A stretch of 64,000 nucleotides of DNA from a virus (IMGVR_UViG_3300049003_000001:13660-77659), one strand, 5' to 3'. Positions 53,938 through 62,113 are shown, numbered from the stretch's first letter. Numbers and translations: made by a program. Notes: a model not told the origin generated them from the letters alone.

Positions 53938-54011
53938 TCCCCTGTAGCTCAATTGGCAGTAGCGGTCGGCTGTTAACCGACAGGTTCTAGGTTCGAGTCC
54001 TAGTGGGGGAG
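53938..54011 (+). tRNA. tRNA-Asn(GUU)
   Basis: Anticodon stem GTCGG/CCGAC and loop CT-GTT-AA. T-arm CTAGG-TTCGAGT-CCTAG. G73. Confidence 0.75.
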
Positions 54012-54088
54012 CTTGTGTCAGTAACTCAAATTGATGGATCAAAATACTCCATCTACACCATACCAAGCGGTGAGACTGACACTCATAA

Positions 54089-54160
54089 GCCCAACTCGTA
54101 TAACGGCTATTACTTTGCCTTTGTAACGCAATAATCTCGGTTCGACTCCGGGGTTGGGCT
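54089..54160 (+). tRNA. tRNA-Thr(UGU)
   Basis: Acceptor GCCCAAC/GTTGGGC (perfect). Loop TT-TGT-AA. A C·C mismatch at 31-39. Confidence 0.6.
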
Positions 54161-54240
54161 CCATGAACGCGAAGCACTGGTGCGTAACGTTCTACTTCGC
54201 ACTGGTGTGCGTTGTGTATTATCTGATCCTTTTTCATTAA

Positions 54241-54313
54241 GGGCTGTTAGCTCATTTGGTAGAGCGCTGCTTTTGCAAAGCAGAGGTACTCGGTTCGATC
54301 CCGTGACGGTCCA
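54241..54313 (+). tRNA. tRNA-Ala(UGC)
   Basis: Acceptor GGGCTGT/ACGGTCC with G3·U70. Anticodon stem CTGCT/AGCAG and loop TT-TGC-AA. Confidence 0.75.
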
Positions 54314-54385
54314 CAGCGCGTTGGTGTAATTTCTGCACGCCGGACTCATAATCCGGAGGTCAGGTGAAAGCCCTGGCAAGCTTAT

Positions 54386-54459
54386 TCTCCGGTAGCACAA
54401 TTGGCAGTTGCACTGCGCTCTGAACGCAGGGGTTGGTGGTTCGAATCCATCTCGGAGAG
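54386..54459 (+). tRNA. tRNA-Gln(CUG)
   Basis: U1-A72 acceptor TCTCCGG/TCGGAGA. Anticodon stem CTGCG/CGCAG and loop CT-CTG-AA. Confidence 0.75.
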
Positions 54460-54468
54460 CATAACCCA

Positions 54469-54496
54469 CCCCCGTCCTTGTGGCGGGGGTCTTTTG
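54469..54496 (+). terminator. rho-independent terminator closing tRNA island 5
   Basis: CCCCCG-tccttgtgg-CGGGGG followed by TCTTTTGT. Confidence 0.75.
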
Positions 54497-54525
54497 TAAT
54501 GTAAATCAATCCAAGGAAAAATACT

Positions 54526-55023
54526 GTGAAGAGCACGGCCAAGGTAGTTTACACACCACATGAGATTAAGGGCGGGGGTCGTCCGATCAATCGCCTAGAG
54601 TGCGATATGGAGGATACCCTGCTACACCTAGGCTACGGCCGGGTGGTCACGGACGGCAGGGCCGATAAGGCTCTCGTTCCATTCATGAAGGACAAGCGCG
54701 GGCTATTCAAGCGAGGGCTCCGCTGGGGCACCACAATCGCCGGGCGTCCGAAAATTACCGACTTCGTTATTTCCTCACGAGCCGGTGACCCGATTCTCGT
54801 AGAGGCGAAGATGCAGGACTCACGCGGTACTGCCTACGAGAAGATTCCGTATTCCGTGCTGAATCTACAGAGCACCGGACTACCGTGGGCACTGGTCTAC
54901 GATGGCGAGTACATTCCGGAAATCCTCATGGACGACATGCGGAAGATGAGCAAGGAAGACCTCAACTGCTACGGAATCTATCGCTACGAGCACTTTGAGA
55001 ATTTCGTCCGGTCCCTGGGGTGA
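54526..55023 (+). CDS. PD-(D/E)XK-type nuclease-like protein
   Basis: DFVISSRAGDPILVEAK carries a D...E-x-K motif. 165 aa. Confidence 0.4.
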   Translation: MKSTAKVVYTPHEIKGGGRPINRLECDMEDTLLHLGYGRVVTDGRADKALVPFMKDKRGLFKRGLRWGTTIAGRPKITDFVISSRAGDPILVEAKMQDSRGTAYEKIPYSVLNLQSTGLPWALVYDGEYIPEILMDDMRKMSKEDLNCYGIYRYEHFENFVRSLG

Positions 55024-55268
55024 CGGAGTTCGATTGCGCCGACTGCGGTGTTGACACAAACCTCAATGGCGAATACTATATGGTGAACGACGATATGTGG
55101 GAAACCGCCGCAGAAGATGTGGTGGACGGCATGTTGTGCATCGGGTGCCTAGAGGATAGAATTGGCCGTGAGCTTGAATTGAAAGACTTCGCGGACGTTC
55201 TGCTCAACAACATCGACATGGGTTGGCGCAAGTCTGACCGATTGATTGAAAGGCTTCTAAGAGGATGA
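55020..55268 (+). CDS. zinc-finger protein
   Basis: CADCG...CIGC. 82 aa. Confidence 0.3.
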   Translation: MTEFDCADCGVDTNLNGEYYMVNDDMWETAAEDVVDGMLCIGCLEDRIGRELELKDFADVLLNNIDMGWRKSDRLIERLLRG

Positions 55269-55434
55269 AGGTCGTCCCAAAGCTCACCACGACCAATGTG
55301 ACAAAGCCGCTGGTCAACGGTGTGGGCGAGGTCATAGGTTTCCACGCCGGGGAGGCGGGTGTGTTTTTCCGCGTTATCTGGTATGGTCGTCCGGGCGTAC
55401 ACACGGTACATCATTCTGAGTTGGAGGTAGCGAA

Positions 55435-55722
55435 GTGAATTTCTGGATCATCGCAGTGATTTTTCTGGTCGGTGCCCTGGTAGTTCTCCTGCACCTGATC
55501 GGCAAGCGTCACAACAAGCGCGAGGCGGCAGCGGAGCAGGCGGCGAAGCAAATTGCCACCGGGCATATGGCCTTCGTTCCCGAGGGGCGGACAGAATTCC
55601 TGGGAATTCAGGTCTCCAAGAACCGGCCGGGGAGCCCGAACCCGCTGTACGTCGCGGTGCCCACTCTCCGGACTGACACGGTAATGATGCAGGCAATTCC
55701 GGCGGACTCTCGTCCGTGGTGA
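55435..55722 (+). CDS. membrane protein
   Basis: N-terminal TM helix FWIIAVIFLVGALVVLL. 95 aa. Confidence 0.3.
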   Translation: MNFWIIAVIFLVGALVVLLHLIGKRHNKREAAAEQAAKQIATGHMAFVPEGRTEFLGIQVSKNRPGSPNPLYVAVPTLRTDTVMMQAIPADSRPW

Positions 55723-55822
55723 CCGAGACCCCGTGTGATTACGGGATTCACGTCCTCTGCTGCCACGACTGTCCGTGTGAGTGCCATTCGCCGGATCAGC
55801 CCGAATAGGGTATAATTGAATA

Positions 55823-55907
55823 GGAAGCGTCGCATAGAGGCTTATTGCGGTCGGTTGCTAACCGACTGAGGGTCACACCTCCGCAGGTTCGAATCCTGTC
55901 GCTTCCG
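55823..55907 (+). tRNA. tRNA-Ser(GCU), long variable arm
   Basis: Acceptor GGAAGCG/CGCTTCC (perfect) with G73. Anticodon stem GTCGG/CCGAC and loop TT-GCT-AA. It is preceded by a TATAAT at 55811-55816. Confidence 0.8.
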
Positions 55908-55953
55908 CTTTAGAGTGTCTGCTTTTAAACATTCATGATGTTACAATTACGTC

Positions 55954-56409
55954 ATGACTAAAGCAGCTAAGGAGGTCGCGTACTTCCTAAACAACAGGCC
56001 ACTGTGCTTCCTTAGCACGGTATTCTCGTTCCGAGATGCCTTGCTTGGTTTCGGTCTATTGTTTGGTCGTCCCGACTTCACACGAACCCTCCTGCACCAT
56101 AACCTAGATCAGCTAGGCGGCGCATGGATTTACGGCCTCTTGATTATGATTATTGCTATTTTCACGGGATTTACGGCCGTCCGTGATTACACGAAGTTGA
56201 CTCAGCTTGGCCTCCGCGTGCAGTCGTGGTTCTGGCTATTCGCATGCGTCAGTTACCTCATCAACGGTAATTATCTCCTGGCGTCGGTCTGGTTCTTTAT
56301 GGCTAGCCTGCCCTCCGGATACATTGCCTTTTACTACAAGTACACCCCCATTTGGGAATCACCTAAGCGCGAGTGGCGTGCAAGGTATGGATTGGAAGAA
56401 ATTAGATGA
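55954..56409 (+). CDS. multi-pass membrane protein (4 TM)
   Basis: Four hydrophobic helices. 151 aa. Confidence 0.35.
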   Translation: MTKAAKEVAYFLNNRPLCFLSTVFSFRDALLGFGLLFGRPDFTRTLLHHNLDQLGGAWIYGLLIMIIAIFTGFTAVRDYTKLTQLGLRVQSWFWLFACVSYLINGNYLLASVWFFMASLPSGYIAFYYKYTPIWESPKREWRARYGLEEIR

Positions 56410-57104
56410 CTACCCCGACCCCAGGTCCGTTCATTACCTCGCAGGATCAGTACGACGCCAAGAGTGAGCACCCGTTTGATATTGGTCAGATGAAGTTGGC
56501 TAACCTCAACTTCAATATGAATATGACCGACGCCGAGTTGCGTGCGCTTGCTGAGCAGGCAATTGTTCTGCGGGACAGGTACAAGGCGTGGGAGGAATTC
56601 TACACAGACTTCACCTTCCGCAAGGCGCGTCTATTCGGCTTTGACGCCGTTATGAGCAACTTGGACGTGGTTCAGGTGGCAGCAGAGCTTGGCACGACAG
56701 TGGCAAAGCTGGCAGCGTCGATGGGTGGCCGTGCGAGCGCTGAGCGTGCCCGTATTGCTGTATTGCAGCAGTATTGGGACACCGGGCAGCTTCCGGTGGG
56801 TGACGTGCTCACCGAGACGGTTATTCCGTCCGCCGGATTCACGATGCAGCCGAACGCTACGTTCGCCCCGGCCTACGTCATCTTCACGAATAAGTCAACC
56901 AACGGTTCGTCTCAGTTCTTGTGGGATTTCGGAGACGGGCAGACCTCTACCGAGGCCAACCCGATTCACACCTACAATGACAACGGCACGTATACTATTA
57001 CGTTGAAGGCTCGCAACACGGCGGGGTGGAGTTCGGTTGTTTCAAAGGTTCTCACCCTAGCGCCGCTGGTGGTTCCTCCGGATTCGCCACCGATCATGGC
57101 TTGA
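56406..57104 (+). CDS. PKD-domain protein
   Basis: The C-terminal segment WDFGDGQTSTEANPIHTYNDNGTYTITLKARN is a PKD consensus. Confidence 0.6.
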   Translation: MTTPTPGPFITSQDQYDAKSEHPFDIGQMKLANLNFNMNMTDAELRALAEQAIVLRDRYKAWEEFYTDFTFRKARLFGFDAVMSNLDVVQVAAELGTTVAKLAASMGGRASAERARIAVLQQYWDTGQLPVGDVLTETVIPSAGFTMQPNATFAPAYVIFTNKSTNGSSQFLWDFGDGQTSTEANPIHTYNDNGTYTITLKARNTAGWSSVVSKVLTLAPLVVPPDSPPIMA

Positions 57105-57129
57105 CGAATTCCGCGAAGCTGTGCTAAAC
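57102..57129 (+). promoter_or_regulatory. promoter TTGACG-N16-TAAACT
   Basis: gtgcTAAACTagatttatc is nearly identical to the 53791-53810 and 41751-41765 contexts. Confidence 0.5.
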
Positions 57130-57165
57130 TAGATTTATCAACGGGGAGACAACGAAGTCTCCTTA

Positions 57166-57238
57166 TGGCCCTGTATTCCAACGGTAGAGAAAGTGGATTC
57201 AAAACCCATACAGTGTCGGTTCGAATCCGACTAGGGCT
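57166..57238 (+). tRNA. tRNA with anticodon CAA (Leu anticodon on a class-I short-variable-arm body)
   Basis: Acceptor GGCCCTG/TAGGGCT. Anticodon arm GTGGA-TT-CAA-AA-CCCAT with an A·C at 31-39. T-arm GTCGG-TTCGAAT-CCGAC. A73. Confidence 0.55.
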
Positions 57239-57348
57239 ACGTGGATAGTTGCAACTGTCCAAAGAAGTGTTGGGGTGCGATACCCAATCGAGTAAACAAC
57301 ACTTTCCAATGAAAGGTGCAGTCATCCGGGGACTGCATGCTTTCACAT

Positions 57349-57429
57349 GCCCGTGTGGTGGAATGGCAGACACGCGTGCCTTAGGAGCACGTACCGCAAG
57401 GTGTGCAGGTTCAAGTCCTGTCACGGGTA
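57349..57429 (+). tRNA. tRNA-Leu(UAG), long variable arm
   Basis: Acceptor GCCCGTG/CACGGGT. Anticodon stem CGTGC/GCACG and loop CT-TAG-GA. A 13-nt variable arm. T-arm GCAGG-TTCAAGT-CCTGT. Confidence 0.75.
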
Positions 57430-57430
57430 C

Positions 57431-57847
57431 ATGGCGTATACCTCGAAAGAGCAATACGAAAGAGTTTACTACGGTAGAAAGAACGGTTATCTACAGTATC
57501 TAGGTGGCAAGTGTGCAGTCTGTGGGTCGTCCGACGATCTAGAGTTTGACCACATTGACTGGCGGACTAAAGACTTTGGTATTATGAGAAAGTGGTCCGC
57601 CGCAGATCAGGCCCAGGTGTATAGAGAGCTTGACAAGTGTCAGTTGCTTTGTGTTGAGCACCACGCCGAGAAGACCAGCAAGGACATTAGCCAGCAGAGG
57701 TCGGAGCAAATCAAGCCGATCAATCACGGCAAGATGTACGCATGGCAAAAGCGCAAGTGTCGCTGTGACATTTGCTCCGAGGCGCGTCAGGCATTCTATG
57801 ACGCCAGAAACGAAAGGCGCAGAAATGGCAATGTTGTTTCGCGTTGA
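57431..57847 (+). CDS. HNH endonuclease
   Basis: CAVCG...EFDHIDW...N...LLCVEHHAEKT. Its ATG is 2 nt after tRNA-Leu. Confidence 0.65.
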   Translation: MAYTSKEQYERVYYGRKNGYLQYLGGKCAVCGSSDDLEFDHIDWRTKDFGIMRKWSAADQAQVYRELDKCQLLCVEHHAEKTSKDISQQRSEQIKPINHGKMYAWQKRKCRCDICSEARQAFYDARNERRRNGNVVSR

Positions 57848-58190
57848 GAACCCGTTCACTAAGGCCGGGCTCTGGTACAGCGAGACCGGGAAGTACACCG
57901 GAATCGTGACCAAGATGGAGAATTACCGAAACAAAGACCTTCCGATGGCCCACGAGGACTGCATGGCCGGTGGCTGGCACTCCGCTGTGGATAACTTGGA
58001 CGACTTGAAGCAGTGGTTCAACTTTGAGGAAATGACGGAGCTAGAGCGAACGGGCTACGGCATTTACGCATTCAACGTGGACAGCTATCGGATTGGCCGG
58101 TCGGAGACGGGCATCGAGCACGCAGTGTTTCAGCGAGACGCGGTGGTCGGTGGCAAGTACCTCCGGTTGGACCGAGGGGTTCTACTCTAG
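57825..58190 (+). CDS. hypothetical protein
   Basis: 121-aa ORF whose start overlaps the end of the HNH gene. Confidence 0.3.
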   Translation: MAMLFRVENPFTKAGLWYSETGKYTGIVTKMENYRNKDLPMAHEDCMAGGWHSAVDNLDDLKQWFNFEEMTELERTGYGIYAFNVDSYRIGRSETGIEHAVFQRDAVVGGKYLRLDRGVLL

Positions 58191-58269
58191 TTTTACAGCC
58201 GGGTTATCCGTAAACCTGGCTTTGCTTCCCAAAGGAAAACGGTTCTCAACAAAATACCGGGAAGCACCT

Positions 58270-58343
58270 GGCCGTATAGCCCAATTGGCAGAGGCGTTGC
58301 GCTTAGAACGCAAAGGTTGGGGGTTCGAATCCCTCTACGGCTA
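58270..58343 (+). tRNA. tRNA with anticodon UAG (Leu anticodon) on a class-I body
   Basis: Acceptor GGCCGTA/TACGGCT. D GCC/GGC. Anticodon stem TTGCG/CGCAA and loop CT-TAG-AA. 5-nt variable loop. T-arm GGGGG-TTCGAAT-CCCTC. A73. Confidence 0.6.
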
Positions 58344-58347
58344 CCTA

Positions 58348-58390
58348 GACCCACTGTGCATACTACCATGATGCACAGCGGGTCTTTTTA
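58348..58390 (+). terminator. rho-independent terminator (14-bp stem, one mismatch)
   Basis: GACCCACTGTGCAT-loop-ATGCACAGCGGGTC followed by TTTTTA. Confidence 0.7.
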
Positions 58391-58406
58391 TTGTTTAAGG
58401 ACCGCT

Positions 58407-59069
58407 ATGAAATTGCTAGATTTGTTCTGTTGCGCGGGAGGCGCAAGCGTCGGCTACAAGCTCGCCGGATTCACGGATATTACGGGTGTGGATATCGAGC
58501 ACCAGAAGAATTATCCATACCGTTTCGTGCAGGCTGACGCCCTAGAATACGTACGTGAGCACGGGCATGAATACGACTTCATCCACGCCAGTCCGCCATG
58601 CCAGGCATCCTCCCTCATTTCTAAGGGAACTAATGCTGGTAAGTTTGAGTATGAACAGCTAATTCCCGATACAAGAGCCGCCTTAGAGGCGACGGGCAAG
58701 CCTTATTGCATTGAAAACGTGGCTGGTGCCGAGATGAGACGCGACCTAACTCTGTGTGGAGAATACTTCGGCCTCGGCGTCATCCGTCACCGCTGGTTTG
58801 AGTTGAACTGGTCGTGCGAGCAGCCGCCCCACATCAAGCACAGAGGCCGGGTGGCCGGATTCCGGCACGGAGTTTGGTACGAAGGCCCGTACTTCGCCGT
58901 ATACGGACGTGGGGGCGGCAAGGGCAGCCCTCAGCAGTGGCAGAAGGCTATGGGGATTTACTGGACCCACCTACAGCGGGAGCTAGCCGAGATGCTTCCC
59001 CCGGCGTACTGCGAGTACATCGGCGGACAGTTTCTAAAAAACCTTGAAACAGGGCTTGACGGAGCGTAG
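58407..59069 (+). CDS. DNA (cytosine-5)-methyltransferase
   Basis: Motif I LFCCAGGAS (FxGxGG). Motif IV SPPCQ (PCQ). ENV motif CIENVAG. Confidence 0.75.
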   Translation: MKLLDLFCCAGGASVGYKLAGFTDITGVDIEHQKNYPYRFVQADALEYVREHGHEYDFIHASPPCQASSLISKGTNAGKFEYEQLIPDTRAALEATGKPYCIENVAGAEMRRDLTLCGEYFGLGVIRHRWFELNWSCEQPPHIKHRGRVAGFRHGVWYEGPYFAVYGRGGGKGSPQQWQKAMGIYWTHLQRELAEMLPPAYCEYIGGQFLKNLETGLDGA

Positions 59070-59304
59070 CCGCTCGTTTACTGTTATTCCTGTGAGCACG
59101 ACGCAGCTTCCTTCACTCCCCGCCGGTTTCCGGTTCCGCCGAATCAACAAGCGGGCCTGGGTTTTCATGGCTTTGCAGAAAGAGACGTGGTACGGTTGGA
59201 AGACGATTTCCAAGGCGTCGGTTGACCCGATTGGGTTGACGCTACAGCAGGCGCTAATTAGCACCGCCTACGACCTGGCGGATGCACAGTGGGGATATCA
59301 GTGA
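59044..59304 (+). CDS. hypothetical protein
   Basis: 86-aa ORF. The start is uncertain. Confidence 0.25.
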   Translation: MKQGLTERSRSFTVIPVSTTQLPSLPAGFRFRRINKRAWVFMALQKETWYGWKTISKASVDPIGLTLQQALISTAYDLADAQWGYQ

Positions 59305-59610
59305 GCAAGGGTAAGACCGAAAAGCCCTGCCCCCGATGCGGAGAGGGAAAGATTCTCACCGGGGAGCGGTCGCAATACAACGGCAGAGATAAGTCCGGCA
59401 AGCAAGTCTGCGCCTCGTGCATCATGGAAGACTTGCTTGCCCCATTCGTTACGAGGATTTAATGGCAAAGCACTTTTACCAGATCGACATTATCGCCACG
59501 GAGATGCCGGACGAGGATGAACTGGAAAACCTGCAAGAAGAGCTAGAGGCCGTGTTCGGTCTCGGCACCCGAATTCGAATTGACTACGTAGATAGCGAAG
59601 GCTGAAAAAT

Positions 59611-60030
59611 ATGACCGAGACCACTGTTACTGCCGCTGGAATTCTCACGAAGGCTCGTGATATTCTCATTGAGCGCGGGGTTGAGCGCGGCGGATGGTTC
59701 ATCAACGAAGACACCGAGTGCCAGGTGTGCAGTATGGGTGCGATTTACCTAGCTGCCGGTGGCGAGGTCGTGGTGAGCACTTACATGGATTCCGAGTGGG
59801 ACGAAGAGACTTCCGAATATATCGGGGAGGTTGAGCGCAAGTCCGTCAGCATTGGCGGATACACCAGCGACGCGGCCATGTCTCAGGCCACGGATATCCT
59901 CACGCAGACCACCCGCGCAGACCACCCCGAGGTCGAGTATTTCACCGTTCCGCTGTGGAACGACCGCACCACCACCGACGCTGAGGTCATCGAGGCGTTC
60001 AACAAGGCAATTGCTGCCGCAACTAACTGA
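59611..60030 (+). CDS. hypothetical protein
   Basis: 139-aa ORF. Confidence 0.3.
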   Translation: MTETTVTAAGILTKARDILIERGVERGGWFINEDTECQVCSMGAIYLAAGGEVVVSTYMDSEWDEETSEYIGEVERKSVSIGGYTSDAAMSQATDILTQTTRADHPEVEYFTVPLWNDRTTTDAEVIEAFNKAIAAATN

Positions 60031-60048
60031 TTAGGAATATAGATTAAA

Positions 60049-60324
60049 ATGGGTTTCTTCAAGAACGAGGTCGCTGTTCTCCGCGAGGTTCTGCCTCCGT
60101 CGCTGGACGAGCGTCTTTCTCAGGCGGCAGACGCCGCTGACCTGGCCGTCTCCCTGTTCACCCGCGCAGCGGACAATCTGGAATTCGCTGCCGAGGCAGC
60201 CGTGGCCGTGGCCGAAGAGTCCGCTGCCAAGGCGGCAATTCACGCCAAGCGCGAGGCTACTGCCCGCTCCGCTGCCGCAAAGAACCGCGCACAGGCTGAG
60301 AAGATTCGCAACCTTCTCGGCTGA
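60049..60324 (+). CDS. hypothetical Ala-rich protein
   Basis: 91-aa ORF. Confidence 0.3.
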   Translation: MGFFKNEVAVLREVLPPSLDERLSQAADAADLAVSLFTRAADNLEFAAEAAVAVAEESAAKAAIHAKREATARSAAAKNRAQAEKIRNLLG

Positions 60325-60345
60325 TAAGTAGCACACAACACAGTG

Positions 60346-60381
60346 TCAAGGGCAACAAGATCAAACTTAGCCCTTGACAAC
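60346..60381. promoter_or_regulatory. 9-bp inverted repeat GTCAAGGGC-N17-GCCCTTGAC overlapping a TTGACA hexamer (operator-like)
   Basis: Perfect IR arms. TTGACA at 60374-60379 lies in the right arm. It is upstream of the gene starting at 60449. Confidence 0.4.
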
Positions 60382-60448
60382 CCCGTCTTACACCCGTGTT
60401 AGAGTGGTTGAGCACCGCGAACCACCGCCAAGAGAGGCTGTATCTGCA

Positions 60449-60757
60449 ATGGCTCGTACCCTGGACGCTTTCCCGCAAGAGGCCACCATCCGTGCTGGCC
60501 GATACCCCTGGGGAACCTGGCTCAACGGCAAGGTCTGGCATCTGGAACACGGCACGAAGGAAGAGGTGGACCGTGGCGAAAAGGATTACCACATCTCCAC
60601 GAAGAGCTTCCGCAGCGCCGTCACGCAGGCACAGAAGGCCCTGAATCGCAAGGGCACGGCAGGCAAGGCTCGTACCGCCGTGGTGAAGGAAGGCAAGGAA
60701 GAGGTCGGCCTGATTGTGCATTGGGTCGCACCGGGTGACGAGGATTCCGGAGAGTAA
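60449..60757 (+). CDS. hypothetical protein
   Basis: 103-aa ORF with an AGAGAGG RBS. Confidence 0.3.
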   Translation: MARTLDAFPQEATIRAGRYPWGTWLNGKVWHLEHGTKEEVDRGEKDYHISTKSFRSAVTQAQKALNRKGTAGKARTAVVKEGKEEVGLIVHWVAPGDEDSGE

Positions 60758-60759
60758 TC

Positions 60760-61071
60760 ATGGAATGGGAACGCCGTAGTAAGCGGTTGTGGGTCGCTGA
60801 GCACGAGGGACGGCGTTTCCGAATTGAACGCGCGGGGGTGTCTAGAGATTCCGGTACAGTGGTCCTCAGCGAGACGGACGGCCTCCACCGGGTGATCCGC
60901 AAAGAGCCGGTAGACACTCCCACGAAGGCCAAGATAATCGCGGAGAGATGGGCAATCGAAAACCCGGATGCCAGCACAGAGTCGGCGGCTAGAACAAGCC
61001 GCCCGCCAGCTACAAACCGCGCAACACCTATTCGAAGGTTCGGTACGGGAATGCAGGGACGCCGGGTTTGA
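60760..61071 (+). CDS. hypothetical protein (3' part overlaps an alternative-frame ORF 60968..61150)
   Basis: Plausible N-terminal 70 aa, then a low-complexity tail. See the finding for this region. Confidence 0.25.
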   Translation: MEWERRSKRLWVAEHEGRRFRIERAGVSRDSGTVVLSETDGLHRVIRKEPVDTPTKAKIIAERWAIENPDASTESAARTSRPPATNRATPIRRFGTGMQGRRV

Positions 61072-61150
61072 GGTTGACGAAATCGCCTTGATTGCCCGGC
61101 TCTCTGTGGAGCAGGTACGAGAAGTGCTGGATAACCCACGCACTTTGTAA
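60968..61150 (+). CDS. hypothetical HTH-containing protein
   Basis: DEIALIARLSVEQVREVL is HTH-like. 60 aa. It overlaps the previous ORF by 104 nt in another frame. Confidence 0.25.
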   Translation: MPAQSRRLEQAARQLQTAQHLFEGSVRECRDAGFEVDEIALIARLSVEQVREVLDNPRTL

Positions 61151-61449
61151 GATGGAACACCCCGCTAGCTATTCACGTTGGCGGGGTGTTCTCGTATACT
61201 GGAAAAGACAATGAAGCGCAAACTACTCTACGCGGCACTGATGGCCTACTGTATCGCAGTATGGTCCCTTCTCGGATTCGGAATTTGGACGGTATGGACA
61301 TGAGCCCCAACATCTTTGACGGTCTCTTTTACCTGATGATTCTCACCTTCATCCTCCTGATGCTCCGGGCGAAGTTCCGGCGGAAGTAGCCATTTGCTTT
61401 TGAATTTGGGAAAGCGTACAATAACGATATAAACCCGTTAGGAGGTGTT

Positions 61450-61776
61450 TTGATAATGAGTTTCAATTTTGGTGGACCGGCTTCCGGTCCGGATCGCGGT
61501 GTTGAAGAGGCCGATGGCCGCTACGCGCGTGACCACGAGGCCCGTGGTGGCGACCAGAAGTACACCTACGATGGTGCGAAGAAGCCGGTTCTAGCGACCG
61601 TAGCGGCCGACGCCGCAGGCGGACGTAACGACCGCGACCTCCTAGAGCAGACCGTAGACCGTCAGGAGCATCTTTACGTCGATGGTGAGACGGGCATTTC
61701 TGCCGTTACCGGCGCGAAGGGTGCTGACTTTGACGAGCTAAAGGCTGGCCCGCCAGCACAGGTTGCAGGTCAGTGA
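61450..61776 (+). CDS. hypothetical protein
   Basis: AGGAGG RBS. 108 aa. Followed by a terminator. Confidence 0.3.
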   Translation: MIMSFNFGGPASGPDRGVEEADGRYARDHEARGGDQKYTYDGAKKPVLATVAADAAGGRNDRDLLEQTVDRQEHLYVDGETGISAVTGAKGADFDELKAGPPAQVAGQ

Positions 61777-61801
61777 TTTAAGCTTTAAAACAATAGAAGG
61801 G

Positions 61802-61832
61802 CCGGGGAGGGTTGACTTCCCCGGTCTTTTTA
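61802..61832 (+). terminator. rho-independent terminator
   Basis: CCGGGGA-gggttgact-TCCCCGG followed by TCTTTTTA. Confidence 0.7.
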
Positions 61833-61861
61833 TGTTATGATAAATGAGCAACGTCGCATTA

Positions 61862-61935
61862 GTTTCAGTTGGTAGAACATTCCCTTGGTACGGGAAAGGT
61901 CGTCGGTTCGACTCCGACATGCGGCTCAATGACAA
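61862..61935 (+). tRNA. tRNA-Thr(GGU)
   Basis: Acceptor GTCGCAT/ATGCGGC. Anticodon stem TTCCC/GGGAA and loop TT-GGT-AC. T-arm GTCGG-TTCGACT-CCGAC. Confidence 0.75.
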
Positions 61936-62037
61936 GGATTGGTACCTTGTCTGTCGGTGGGGCACGAATCCACGTCCAAAGTCCGCGACCGACGATAAAT
62001 AAGGTCGGTGTCGCAGCCAGAGAAACGGGCACCTACT

Positions 62038-62109
62038 CGTCGCATTAGTGGTAGTGGTAGCACATTCCTCTCGTAAGGGAATAGCGACAGTTCGATTCTG
62101 TCATGCGGC
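62038..62109 (+). tRNA. tRNA-Thr(CGU)
   Basis: Same acceptor GTCGCAT/ATGCGGC. Anticodon stem TTCCT/GGGAA and loop CT-CGT-AA. T-arm GACAG-TTCGATT-CTGTC. Confidence 0.75.
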
Positions 62110-62113
62110 TCGC

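Noticed and set aside
54314-54385. Possible extra tRNA-Met (anticodon-arm hairpin CCGGA-CTCATAA-TCCGG)
   Set aside because: There is no complementary acceptor stem. The putative T-loop reads TGAAAGC rather than TTCGAAT. It is kept only as a tRNA-like fragment or structured spacer in the findings.
60374-60405. TTGACA ... TAGAGT as a promoter
   Set aside because: The spacer is 20 nt, too long for a sigma70-type promoter. The TTGACA more likely matters as part of the 9-bp inverted repeat.
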